From NCBI GenBank assembly GCA_045585895.1, contig JAZMZI010000051.1, forward strand, positions 12,696 to 76,695: a stretch of 64,000 bases of DNA, given 5' to 3'. Position 1 is the first letter of the stretch. Each line of letters opens with the position of its first letter. The notes below the pieces were generated by a model, which was given only the letters and a program-made list of their open reading frames with translations, was not told the origin of the DNA and searched no databases. This document shows, piece after piece, positions 16,722 through 25,588 of this stretch. Made by a program: the position numbers and the translations under genes. The DNA comes from Eubacteriales bacterium. Lineage in GTDB: Bacteria > Bacillota > Clostridia > Oscillospirales > CAG-272.

Positions 16722-17369
16722 GATCGATTTAATGTCTCGCCGATAAACCGACGAAATTTCAGAGTTAAAAAGGTTGCTTCGTAAGGGACTGTACTCTTAA
16801 GGACAGTTTTTTGAATTGAATAGAATACATTATCTACCGACAGAAAAAGGACAGAGAGTGCCAAAGCATTCTCTGTCCTCTTTTCTTGACAAGCACTGCA
16901 TTTGTAGACACAAATGCGTATGGTGAATTTACAACTACGTTCCCGAAGAATAATTCGTTTCCCTGCCCCTCTCGGCACAAACCGAAAGGGGCATTTTGCG
17001 TCGTTGGGCATTATAAGTTTTTTGGAGAATTAAAAAATCAAACAAATAGGTGCATCCTCATCCACCGCGGAGCGGTCATCGGTCGCCCGTTCGTCGGTTT
17101 TAAATCGTTCCTCACGGGACGTCGAGGCAGGCATAGCCGTATAGAGACGTCCCCACGACCGCGGAATCGTTTAAAGTCCTTTTACGGTAAGGGATTGGTG
17201 AACGTTCAAACGTAGGGGAGGGGCTCCTCCCGTTAACATTATTATTGAACGTTCGCCACCGCGGGCGGCAATGACCGCCCCTACGGTTATCCCAAATCCA
17301 ATTTAAAATTTATAAAAATTCATTTTTCAAAAAATGTCAATACTTTTGAATATTTTTTCAAAAAACCTA

Positions 17370-17398
17370 TTGACAAATAAGCAAAACGGGAGTATAAT
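17370..17398 (+). promoter_or_regulatory. promoter P1 (TTGACA-17-TATAAT) of the leader transcript
   Basis: TTGACA at 17370-17375 and TATAAT at 17393-17398. Confidence 0.7.
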
Positions 17399-17429
17399 GT
17401 GTAACATAATTCACGAAAGGAGAGCAGAA

Positions 17430-17513
17430 ATGTTCGCATACGAGTATTTTTATTACTTTTATTATTTTGGCAAGGGCTGCCCGTCTTTTGTGGAGAGTGA
17501 GTTTCGATATTGA
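17430..17513 (+). CDS. 27-aa Phe/Tyr-rich leader peptide MFAYEYFYYFYYFGKGCPSFVESEFRY
   Basis: AAAGGAGAG RBS lies 6 nt upstream. Ten of residues 2-13 are Phe (4) or Tyr (6). It is too short to appear in the ORF track; hand translated. Confidence 0.6.
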   Translation: MFAYEYFYYFYYFGKGCPSFVESEFRY

Positions 17514-17543
17514 AGCTCAGGTGGAAACAAAAATACGGTCGGT

Positions 17544-17593
17544 CCGCATTCGTCGTGCAAGGCACATCGAAAATGCGGATTTTTTGTTTTTTT
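17544..17593 (+). terminator. attenuator terminator downstream of the leader ORF
   Basis: CCGCATT...AATGCGG stem with internal pairs, followed by ATTTTTTGTTTTTTT. Confidence 0.7.
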
Positions 17594-17698
17594 AACGCAA
17601 AAAAACAAGCCTTATAAAACACAAGAGCTTCACGCCGAAAAAAAACGGCAAAAAAAGTGAAAAAAGCTTAAAAAAGCTTAAAAAAAGTCAATTATTCA

Positions 17699-17727
17699 TT
17701 GACAAATATATGATTATATGATATAAT
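17699..17727 (+). promoter_or_regulatory. promoter P2 (TTGACA-17-TATAAT) directly upstream of the permease gene
   Basis: TTGACA at 17699-17704 and TATAAT at 17722-17727. It shares ATTGACAAATA with P1. Confidence 0.6.
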
Positions 17728-17779
17728 ACTTCTATTGTTTTTTTATAAAGCAATACGCAGAGACACGAAGGAGACCAAC

Positions 17780-19339
17780 ATGATCTTAGATTACATAATT
17801 CTCGCCATATACGCCGCGGCAATGGTAGGCGTGGCAATATACACCCACAACCGCTCGGGATCGGTCAACGACTTTCTGCTTGCGGGCAAAAAGGGACTCA
17901 ACGGCTGGATGACAGCCTTCGCATACGGCACCACCTACTTTTCGGCAGTTATCTTTATCGGTTACGCGGGTCAGTTCGGCAAGCAATTCGGTCTTGCTTC
18001 GATCTGGATAGGCATCGGCAACGCTATTATCGGTACTCTTTTCGCTTGGCTGGTTTTGGCTAAGAGAACGAAAAATATGACCCGCCGTCTCGAGGCGAAA
18101 ACCATGCCCGAGTTTTTTGAAAAGAGATACGGCAGCAAAAATCTTAAATTGGTTACTGCCGTTATAATCTTCATTTTCCTCATTCCCTACTCCGCTTCGG
18201 TCTACAACGGACTCAGCGCCCTTTTCGAGACGGTCTTCGGAATCGACGGCTGGATGGTGATGATAGCGCTTGCGGCTCTCACCGCGCTCTACCTCTTCTT
18301 CGGCGGCTATTTCGCTACCGCCCTCTCGGATTTCATTCAGGGAATCATTATGATAATCGGCGTGGCTCTTATGGTCTTCTGCTTTATGAACCACGAAAAC
18401 GTAAGCTGGAATATATCCGAGCTTGTAAACGATAACAACCTTACCTGGTTCACCTTCGGCAACGATAACGCTTCGGGAATCTACGGCACGACGGTCTCGC
18501 TTATCTCGCTGACCCTTCTTACCTCTCTCGGCGTTTGGGCGCTCCCCCAGACTATTCACAAATACTACGCCATCAGAGACAAGAAGGCTATAAAGCAGGG
18601 CATCATCGTCAGCACCGCTTTTGCACTCATCATCGGTGCGGCGGCTTATTTCACGGGTGCTCTCAGCCTGTTCTTCGGCGAAGAGCTTGCCGAGGCGGGT
18701 GTTTCCAATAACTATTCCCTTATAATCCCCACGATGCTCAAGGTAGTTATCCCCACGGGACTTATGGGAGTTATCGCGGTGCTTATCCTCTCCGCAAGTA
18801 TGTCCACACTTTCGTCGGTATCGCTTGCAAGTGCGTCGGTCATTGCCGTTGACCTTTACAAGGGCGCGGTCAACAAGAAGGCAAGCGATAAAAAGACCAA
18901 CACCGTTATGAGAATTCTTTGCCTCGTATTCGTGGCTATTTCGGTAATTCTCGCAATTCTCAACGAGGAATTCGGCATCGCCGCTATCGCTTATATGATG
19001 GGACTTAGCTGGGGAACGCTTGCGGGCTGCTTTATGGGTCCTTACGTTCTCGGCGTGCTCTGGAAAAGAGTTACCAAGAGCGCGGCGTGGGCTTCGGTCA
19101 TCAGCTCACTCATATTGACCGCGACTCTTATAGTCGTGCTCGGCTTTGACAAAAACGGTTGGAGCTGCGATTTCGGTACCGCTCTCCAAAGCGGCGTCGG
19201 CTGCTCTCCCCTCATCGGCGTTATCTGTATGATATTCTCTCTGATAATAACCGTTGCCGTTACCCTCTTTACCAAGAAGCCATCCGACGAAATACTTTAC
19301 AATGCATTTGATAAGCCCATTGAGAATGAAATAAAATAA
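17780..19339 (+). CDS. sodium:solute symporter (SSS) family permease
   Basis: About 13 TM helices. Start chosen at MILDYII with a GAAGGAG RBS; the ORF-track start at 17735 lacks an RBS. Confidence 0.75.
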   Translation: MILDYIILAIYAAAMVGVAIYTHNRSGSVNDFLLAGKKGLNGWMTAFAYGTTYFSAVIFIGYAGQFGKQFGLASIWIGIGNAIIGTLFAWLVLAKRTKNMTRRLEAKTMPEFFEKRYGSKNLKLVTAVIIFIFLIPYSASVYNGLSALFETVFGIDGWMVMIALAALTALYLFFGGYFATALSDFIQGIIMIIGVALMVFCFMNHENVSWNISELVNDNNLTWFTFGNDNASGIYGTTVSLISLTLLTSLGVWALPQTIHKYYAIRDKKAIKQGIIVSTAFALIIGAAAYFTGALSLFFGEELAEAGVSNNYSLIIPTMLKVVIPTGLMGVIAVLILSASMSTLSSVSLASASVIAVDLYKGAVNKKASDKKTNTVMRILCLVFVAISVILAILNEEFGIAAIAYMMGLSWGTLAGCFMGPYVLGVLWKRVTKSAAWASVISSLILTATLIVVLGFDKNGWSCDFGTALQSGVGCSPLIGVICMIFSLIITVAVTLFTKKPSDEILYNAFDKPIENEIK

Positions 19340-19358
19340 ACCAAAGAAGGAAAAAATA

Positions 19359-20660
19359 ATGATCTGGTCAAAAGAAGAGACCCTCCCCCGTGAGGAAATA
19401 GAAAAAATACAGCTTGAACGCTTGCAGGAGACCGTAAACCGAGTTTACGCAAACGTAGAGCCTTACAGAAAAAAGATGGACGAGGCGGGCGTGAAGCCCG
19501 AGGATATAAGATCCCTCGCAGACCTCAAAAAGCTCCCCTTCGTCACCAAGCAGGATATGAGAGACAACTACCCCTTCGGTCTCTTTGCAGTCCCCAAGGA
19601 TAAGCTCGTGAGAATTCACGCCTCCAGCGGTACTACGGGCAAGCCCACCGTTGTCGGCTACACTCAGGGCGACCTTGAGACCTGGACGGAATGTGTTTCG
19701 CGTATCGCTTGCATGGGCGGCGCGACCGAAAAGGACGTAGCGCAGATCTGCTTCGGCTACGGTATGTTTACGGGTGCGCTCGGACTTCACTACGGTCTTG
19801 AAAATATAGGCGCGGCTATCGTCCCCTCCTCCACGGGCAACTCCGAAAAGCAGATAATGTATATGCAGGACTTCGAGACCTCGCTCTTAGTTGCAACTCC
19901 CTCTTACGCGCTTCGCTTGGCGGAGGTCGCAAGAGAGATGGGCATCGACCCCGCAAAGGATCTTAAGGTCAAGATAGCTCTCGTCGGAAGTGAGCTTCTC
20001 ACCGACGCTATGCGCGAAGAAATGCACAAATATTGGGGCGAGGATATTAAGATAACCTCCAACTACGGTATGAGCGAGCTTATGGGCCCCGGTGTTTCGG
20101 GTGAGTGTCTTGAGGTTTGCGGCATGCACATCAACGAGGACTTCTTCATCCCCGAAATAATCGATCCCGCAACGGGCGAGGTCCTTCCCGCAGGCGAACA
20201 GGGCGAGCTTGTTATCACCTGCATCAAGAAGGAAGGAATTCCGCTTATCCGTTACAGAACGAAGGATATTACAAGACTCTTCTACGAGAAGTGCAAGTGC
20301 GGCAGAACCTTCTGCCGTATGGAAAACCTCTCGGGAAGAAGCGACGATATGCTGAAGATCCGCGGAGTAAACGTATTCCCCAGCCAGATCGAAGAGGTCA
20401 TCCTCAGCATCGAGGAGCTTGGTCCTCACTACGAGATAGTGCTTGAACGCGAAGGATATCTCGATAAGCTTACGGTGAAAGTCGAGCTTGCGCAGATCAC
20501 CGACTCCTTCGCAACTCTTGAAAGAATTTCCAAGACTCTCAAGAATAAGCTTAAAATAATGCTGGGTCTCGACGCGAAGATAATGCTTGAATCCCCCAAT
20601 ACCCTCCAGAGATTCGAGGGCAAGGCAAAGAGAGTAAAAGACCTCAGAAACATTAAATAA
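19359..20660 (+). CDS. paaK: phenylacetate-CoA ligase family (aryl-acid AMP-forming ligase), paralogue 1
   Basis: Canonical PaaK N-terminus: LPFVTKQDMRDNYPFGLFAVP...IHASSGTTGKPTVVGYT. Confidence 0.85.
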   Translation: MIWSKEETLPREEIEKIQLERLQETVNRVYANVEPYRKKMDEAGVKPEDIRSLADLKKLPFVTKQDMRDNYPFGLFAVPKDKLVRIHASSGTTGKPTVVGYTQGDLETWTECVSRIACMGGATEKDVAQICFGYGMFTGALGLHYGLENIGAAIVPSSTGNSEKQIMYMQDFETSLLVATPSYALRLAEVAREMGIDPAKDLKVKIALVGSELLTDAMREEMHKYWGEDIKITSNYGMSELMGPGVSGECLEVCGMHINEDFFIPEIIDPATGEVLPAGEQGELVITCIKKEGIPLIRYRTKDITRLFYEKCKCGRTFCRMENLSGRSDDMLKIRGVNVFPSQIEEVILSIEELGPHYEIVLEREGYLDKLTVKVELAQITDSFATLERISKTLKNKLKIMLGLDAKIMLESPNTLQRFEGKAKRVKDLRNIK

Positions 20661-20682
20661 TCCCCGAAAGGAACTACATAAA

Positions 20683-22425
20683 ATGGCAAACAAAACAATA
20701 ATGCTGGGCAACGAAGCAATTGCAAGAGGCGCATACGAGGCAGGCGTTAAGGTCTCCAGCGCGTATCCCGGAACCCCCAGCACCGAGATAAGCGAGTATC
20801 TCGCAAAATACGACGAGGTCTACACGGAATGGGCGCCCAATGAAAAGGTAGCGGCTGAGGTGGCGATCGGTGCATCTATCGCGGGCGTGAGATCTATGGC
20901 TTGCATGAAGCACGTCGGTCTCAACGTGGCAAGTGACCCTCTCTACACCTTCGCATACACAGGCGTTAACGGCGGTTCGGTCATCATCGTTGCCGACGAC
21001 CCCGGTATGGCAAGCTCGCAGAACGAGCAGGACACCAGAATGATCGCCCGCGCGGCTCACGTTCCGGTGCTTGAGCCCTCCGACAGCCAGGAAGCAAAGG
21101 ATTTCGTTAAGTACGGATACGAGCTCAGCGAGGAATACGACACACCCGTGATCCTCCGCACTACCACGAAGCTTGCTCACTCCCAGAGTGCAGTCGAGCT
21201 TTGCGACAGAGCCCCGGTAGCCGACAAAGAATACACCCGTCAGGTGCCCAAGTACGTTATGATGCCCGCAAGCGCTATCGGCAGACATATCGCAGTCGAG
21301 GCAAGAGAAAACAGAATGGCGGCTGACGCGGCGACCTTCCCCGTAAACAAGCTTGAAATAAACGACAAAAAACTCGGTTTTATCACCTGCGGTATCGCTT
21401 ATCAGTATGTTAAGGAAGCGTTCCCCACGGCAAGCGTGCTGAAGTTCGGTCTTGTCAATCCTCTTTCCAAGAAGCTGGTCGACGATTTTATGGCTGAGGT
21501 TGAAAACGTTTACGTTTTCGAGGAGCTTGAATCGGTGATCGAAGATCAGGTTCGAGCTTGGGGCTATAATAACGTAAAGGGTAAGGACGTATTTACCCGT
21601 CAGGGAGAATACAGCGTTAACCTTCTCAAAAAAGTTATTCTCGGTGAGAGTGACGCCGTTTTCGAAAAGCAGGACGCTCCCGCTCGTCCTCCCATTCTCT
21701 GCCCCGGTTGCCCTCACAGAAGCGTTTACTCCGTGCTTAATAAGCTTAAGATCCACGCGGCGGGCGACATCGGCTGCTACACCCTCGGTGCGGTCGCTCC
21801 TTTGAGTGTTGTCGACACCACCATCTGCATGGGTGCCAGCATTTCCTCCCTCCACGGTATGGAAAAGGCGAAAGGCAAGGACTACGTCAAGAACTGGGTT
21901 GCCGTTATCGGTGACTCCACCTTCCTCCACACGGGTGTCAACTCGCTTATGAATATGGTCTACAACAAGGCGACGGGCACGGTCATGATACTCGACAACC
22001 GCACCACGGGTATGACGGGACATCAAGATCACGCCGCTACGGGTAAGACCTTAAAGGGCGAGGAGACCAATGCCGTCGATCTTGTAGAGCTTTGTCACGC
22101 GGTTGGAGTTAAGAATGTGATAGAGGTCAACGCATTTGACGTTGAGGGACTTACCAAGGTCGTTAAGGAAAGCGTTGCAAGCGATGAATTGACGGTCATT
22201 ATCACCAAGTCGCCCTGCGTTCTCTTGAAGGGTCAGAAATTCCCCAACAAGTGCGTAGCCGACCCCGAAAAGTGCCGCAAGTGCGGTATGTGCTTGAAGA
22301 TAGGCTGCCCCGCGATCACAAAGCAGGCTGACGGCACCATCAAGATCGACGAAACTATGTGCAACGGTTGCGGTCTTTGCAAGAGCTATTGCAAATTCGG
22401 CGCTATTGAAACCGCAGCGAAGTGA
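20683..22425 (+). CDS. iorA: indolepyruvate:ferredoxin oxidoreductase subunit alpha
   Basis: LGNEAIARGAYEAGV..AYPGTPSTEI. TPP region GDIGCYTLG...GDSTFLHTG. C-terminal 2x[4Fe-4S] motifs CRKCGMC...C and CNGCGLC...C. Confidence 0.9.
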   Translation: MANKTIMLGNEAIARGAYEAGVKVSSAYPGTPSTEISEYLAKYDEVYTEWAPNEKVAAEVAIGASIAGVRSMACMKHVGLNVASDPLYTFAYTGVNGGSVIIVADDPGMASSQNEQDTRMIARAAHVPVLEPSDSQEAKDFVKYGYELSEEYDTPVILRTTTKLAHSQSAVELCDRAPVADKEYTRQVPKYVMMPASAIGRHIAVEARENRMAADAATFPVNKLEINDKKLGFITCGIAYQYVKEAFPTASVLKFGLVNPLSKKLVDDFMAEVENVYVFEELESVIEDQVRAWGYNNVKGKDVFTRQGEYSVNLLKKVILGESDAVFEKQDAPARPPILCPGCPHRSVYSVLNKLKIHAAGDIGCYTLGAVAPLSVVDTTICMGASISSLHGMEKAKGKDYVKNWVAVIGDSTFLHTGVNSLMNMVYNKATGTVMILDNRTTGMTGHQDHAATGKTLKGEETNAVDLVELCHAVGVKNVIEVNAFDVEGLTKVVKESVASDELTVIITKSPCVLLKGQKFPNKCVADPEKCRKCGMCLKIGCPAITKQADGTIKIDETMCNGCGLCKSYCKFGAIETAAK

Positions 22426-22434
22426 GGTAATACA

Positions 22435-23001
22435 ATGACTAAAAATATAATGATAGTAGGAGTTGGCGGTCAGGGCACGCTCCTTACAAGCAGAATAATC
22501 GGTAAGACCGCACTTGAACAGGGTCTCGACGTAAAAATTTCCGAGGTCCACGGTATGGCTCAAAGAGGCGGCAGCGTAGTAACCTTCGTCCGCTTCGGTG
22601 AAAAGGTTTTCGAGCCCGTTGTCGAAGAGGGTCAGGCAGATGTTATCATCGCTTTCGAGCGTCTCGAGGCTCTCAGATACTCTCACTTTTTGAAGAAGGA
22701 CGGAATTTTGGTAGTTAACGATTGCCGAATCGACCCTATGACCGTCGTTATCGGAGCTAAGACCTACCCCGAAAACATCATTGAGGGTCTTGAAGAAACT
22801 CACAAGGTCATTTCCATCGACGGAATGGCTATCGCTAAAGAGCTTGGCAACAGCAAGGTTCTTAACTCCGTAGTTCTCGGCTTTGCCGCAAAGCACGTAG
22901 GATTTGACGAGGAAAACTGGCTTTCAGTAATCGAAAAGACGGTCCCCGCAAAGACAATAGACATCAACAAGGAAGCCTTCAAGAGAGGATATGAAGCGTA
23001 A
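22435..23001 (+). CDS. iorB: indolepyruvate:ferredoxin oxidoreductase subunit beta
   Basis: IVGVGGQGTLL...SEVHGMAQRGGSV. Confidence 0.9.
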   Translation: MTKNIMIVGVGGQGTLLTSRIIGKTALEQGLDVKISEVHGMAQRGGSVVTFVRFGEKVFEPVVEEGQADVIIAFERLEALRYSHFLKKDGILVVNDCRIDPMTVVIGAKTYPENIIEGLEETHKVISIDGMAIAKELGNSKVLNSVVLGFAAKHVGFDEENWLSVIEKTVPAKTIDINKEAFKRGYEA

Positions 23002-23022
23002 TTCACACAAAGGGGAAAACAT

Positions 23023-24321
23023 ATGATCTGGAATGAAACCAAAGAATGCATGAGCCGCGACGAAATGAGCGTGGTTCAAAGCGCAAGGCTTGTAAAATTG
23101 GTCGACTACGTTTACCATAACGTAGAATTCTACCGCAAAAAAATGCAGAAGGTTGGACTTATGCCCGGTGACATCAAGAGCATCGAGGATATAGTCAAGC
23201 TTCCCTTCACCACCAAGGACGACCTCAGAGATAACTACCCCTTCGGTCTTTTCGCAGTTCCCAACTCTCAGATAGTCAGGATCCACGCATCCAGCGGCAC
23301 CACGGGTAAGGCGACGGTCGTAGGCTACACTCGCCACGATCTTGACGTTTGGGCAGAATGCGTTGCCCGTTGCTTTGCTATGGCGGGCGTTGATAAAAAC
23401 GATATTATTCAGATAGCTTACGGCTACGGACTTTTCACGGGCGGTCTCGGCGCTCACGGCGGTGCTGAAAAAATTGGTGCAACGGTCGTTCCCATGAGCG
23501 TCGGTAACTCCAAGAAGCTGACCACTATGATGGTAGACTTCGGCGCCACCGCTATTGCCTGCACCCCCTCCTATCTGCTTCACATCTCCGAGGTGCTGGA
23601 GGCGGAAGGCCTTATAGATCAGATAAAGCTGAAATCCGCGATCTGCGGCGCTGAGCCTTGGACCGAAAAAATGAGACAGGAGATCGAAGCAAGGCTTCAC
23701 CTCAAAGCGTTCGACATCTACGGTCTCAGCGAGGTAATGGGTCCCGGTGTGGCTTGCGACTGTGAGTTCCACAAGGGTCTCCACGTTTGCGAAGACCACT
23801 TCTACCCCGAAGTCCTCAACAGCGCAACTCTCACTCCCGTTGCCGACGGCGAGACGGGCGAGCTTGCCTTCACTACTCTCACCAAGGAAGGAATTCCGCT
23901 CATCCGTTACAGAACGAAGGATCTTACCAGCATCGACCATTCGGTTTGCGAGTGCGGCAGAACCAGCGCGCGCATCTCACGTTTCAAGGGACGCGTGGAC
24001 GATATGCTTATTATCCGCGGAGTCAACGTATTCCCCAGTCAGGTCGAGGCGGCTCTTATCGACGTTGAAGAGGTCACTCCTCACTATATGATGATAGTAG
24101 ACAGAGTTAATAACCTTGATACACTTGAGATTCAGGTTGAGATCGATCAGAAGTTCTACACCGACGAGGTAAGAGCTATCGAGGCGCTCAACAAGAAGAT
24201 CGCCCACATAATTCAGCAGGCTCTCGGCATAAACGCCAAGATCAAGATAGTCGAGCCTCAGACTCTCGTGCGAAGCGAGGGCAAGGCTGTTCACGTTATA
24301 GACAAGCGTAAATTGGTATAA
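23023..24321 (+). CDS. paaK: phenylacetate-CoA ligase family, paralogue 2
   Basis: Same motifs as paralogue 1 (LPFTTKDDLRDNYPFGLFAVP...IHASSGTTGKATVVGYT). Identity to paralogue 1 is roughly 55-60% by eye. Confidence 0.85.
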   Translation: MIWNETKECMSRDEMSVVQSARLVKLVDYVYHNVEFYRKKMQKVGLMPGDIKSIEDIVKLPFTTKDDLRDNYPFGLFAVPNSQIVRIHASSGTTGKATVVGYTRHDLDVWAECVARCFAMAGVDKNDIIQIAYGYGLFTGGLGAHGGAEKIGATVVPMSVGNSKKLTTMMVDFGATAIACTPSYLLHISEVLEAEGLIDQIKLKSAICGAEPWTEKMRQEIEARLHLKAFDIYGLSEVMGPGVACDCEFHKGLHVCEDHFYPEVLNSATLTPVADGETGELAFTTLTKEGIPLIRYRTKDLTSIDHSVCECGRTSARISRFKGRVDDMLIIRGVNVFPSQVEAALIDVEEVTPHYMMIVDRVNNLDTLEIQVEIDQKFYTDEVRAIEALNKKIAHIIQQALGINAKIKIVEPQTLVRSEGKAVHVIDKRKLV

Positions 24322-24339
24322 TATTTAAGGAGGCTTATT

Positions 24340-24768
24340 ATGTTTGCAAAACAGTTAACGGTATTTATCGAAAACAGAACGGGCAGACTCTGCGAGGTGC
24401 TGGGCGTACTGAAGCAGAACGAAGTCAACATTCTCTCTTTGAGCCTTGCCGACACTACCGAGTTCGGTCTGCTCCGTCTTATAGTCGACCGTCCCGAGGT
24501 CGGTAAGGAAAAGCTTGCGGAACAAGGTTTTTCCTCCCTTCTCTCCGACGTTTCGATCATCAAGATCCCCCACAAGGTAGGAAGCCTTCAAGCGTTGCTT
24601 GAGGCTATTGACGAAAGCGGTGTAAATATCGAGTATATGTACGGTCTTTCGGTTGACGGAGACGATGCGTACGTTGTGCTTAAGACCAACGACGTCGTAA
24701 AGGTCGACGCTATTCTCAACGCTCATAATATCGAGACCGTTGCTTGCGATCATATCGCACAGAAGTAA
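24340..24768 (+). CDS. ACT domain-containing protein
   Basis: Two short beta-alpha-beta-beta-alpha-beta-like halves. It is a common companion of PaaK/Ior genes. Confidence 0.65.
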   Translation: MFAKQLTVFIENRTGRLCEVLGVLKQNEVNILSLSLADTTEFGLLRLIVDRPEVGKEKLAEQGFSSLLSDVSIIKIPHKVGSLQALLEAIDESGVNIEYMYGLSVDGDDAYVVLKTNDVVKVDAILNAHNIETVACDHIAQK

Positions 24769-24770
24769 TA

Positions 24771-25583
24771 ATGATAATCGATTTTCACACCCACGTCTTT
24801 CCCGACAAAATAGCTGAAAAAACTATCGACGCCTTATCCCGTAAGGCGTCGATACCTCCATTTTCAAACGGCACTTATGCCCGCCTCATGGAAAAAATGG
24901 AACAGGCTGGCGTAGATATCGCCGTAAATCTCCCCGTTGTAACCAACCCCGCTCAGTTTGAAAGCGTTAACCGCTTTGCGGCATCAATAAACGCTGAATT
25001 TGCCGCAAAAGAGCAAAAAATCATCTCTTTTGCGGGTATTCACCCTAATTGCGAGGATATCGAGAGAAAGATGGCAGAGATAAAGTCGCAAGGCTTTCTC
25101 GGTGTCAAGATACACCCCGATTATCAGGAGACTTTTTTTGACGACGGCAGATATATCACAATTCTTGAATGCGCCAAAGATCTTGATCTTGTCGTCACCA
25201 CCCACGCCGGATTTGACGGAGGCTATCCCGATTGTCCGATCCGTTGTACACCCGAAAGAGCAAGAAGGGTGATAGAAAAGGTGGGGCACAAAAAGCTTAT
25301 TTTAGCACATCTCGGCGCTAACGAGCTTATTGATGACGTTATCGAAGAGCTTTGCGGTCTCGACGTTTATTTTGATACCGCCTACGTACTTCGTTTCGTG
25401 GGTAGAGATAGATTCATGCAAATCCTTGAAAAACACGGAGAGGACAGAATACTTTTCGCCAGCGACTCGCCTTGGAGCGATATGGCGGCTGATGCAGATA
25501 TTCTGCGTTCTTACAATTTAGAAAAAGAAACCGAGGAAAAGATCTTTTGCAATAATGCAAAAACACTCCTCGGAATAGGATAA
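24771..25583 (+). CDS. amidohydrolase-2 / TIM-barrel metal-dependent hydrolase
   Basis: MIIDFHTHVFP start motif; HLG..., D..SD.PW. Start moved to 24771, just after the ACT stop. Confidence 0.65.
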   Translation: MIIDFHTHVFPDKIAEKTIDALSRKASIPPFSNGTYARLMEKMEQAGVDIAVNLPVVTNPAQFESVNRFAASINAEFAAKEQKIISFAGIHPNCEDIERKMAEIKSQGFLGVKIHPDYQETFFDDGRYITILECAKDLDLVVTTHAGFDGGYPDCPIRCTPERARRVIEKVGHKKLILAHLGANELIDDVIEELCGLDVYFDTAYVLRFVGRDRFMQILEKHGEDRILFASDSPWSDMAADADILRSYNLEKETEEKIFCNNAKTLLGIG

Positions 25584-25588
25584 AAAAT

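Noticed and set aside
16304-17011. 235-aa minus-strand ORF
   Set aside because: It is antisense to the DUF308-like membrane gene and runs into the terminator region. Its Arg/Thr/Pro-rich composition is junk-like.
17735-17779. ORF-track start of the SSS permease (MFFYKAIRRDTKETN...)
   Set aside because: The extension overlaps the P2 transcription start region and has no RBS. The ATG at 17780 has GAAGGAG and begins the first TM helix.
20674-22032. 452-aa minus-strand ORF (with similar ones at 19887-20783, 22051-22896 and 22924-23940) across the paaK-iorAB genes
   Set aside because: These are antisense shadows of genes with unambiguous PaaK/IorA/IorB motifs. They have junk-like composition and no start context.
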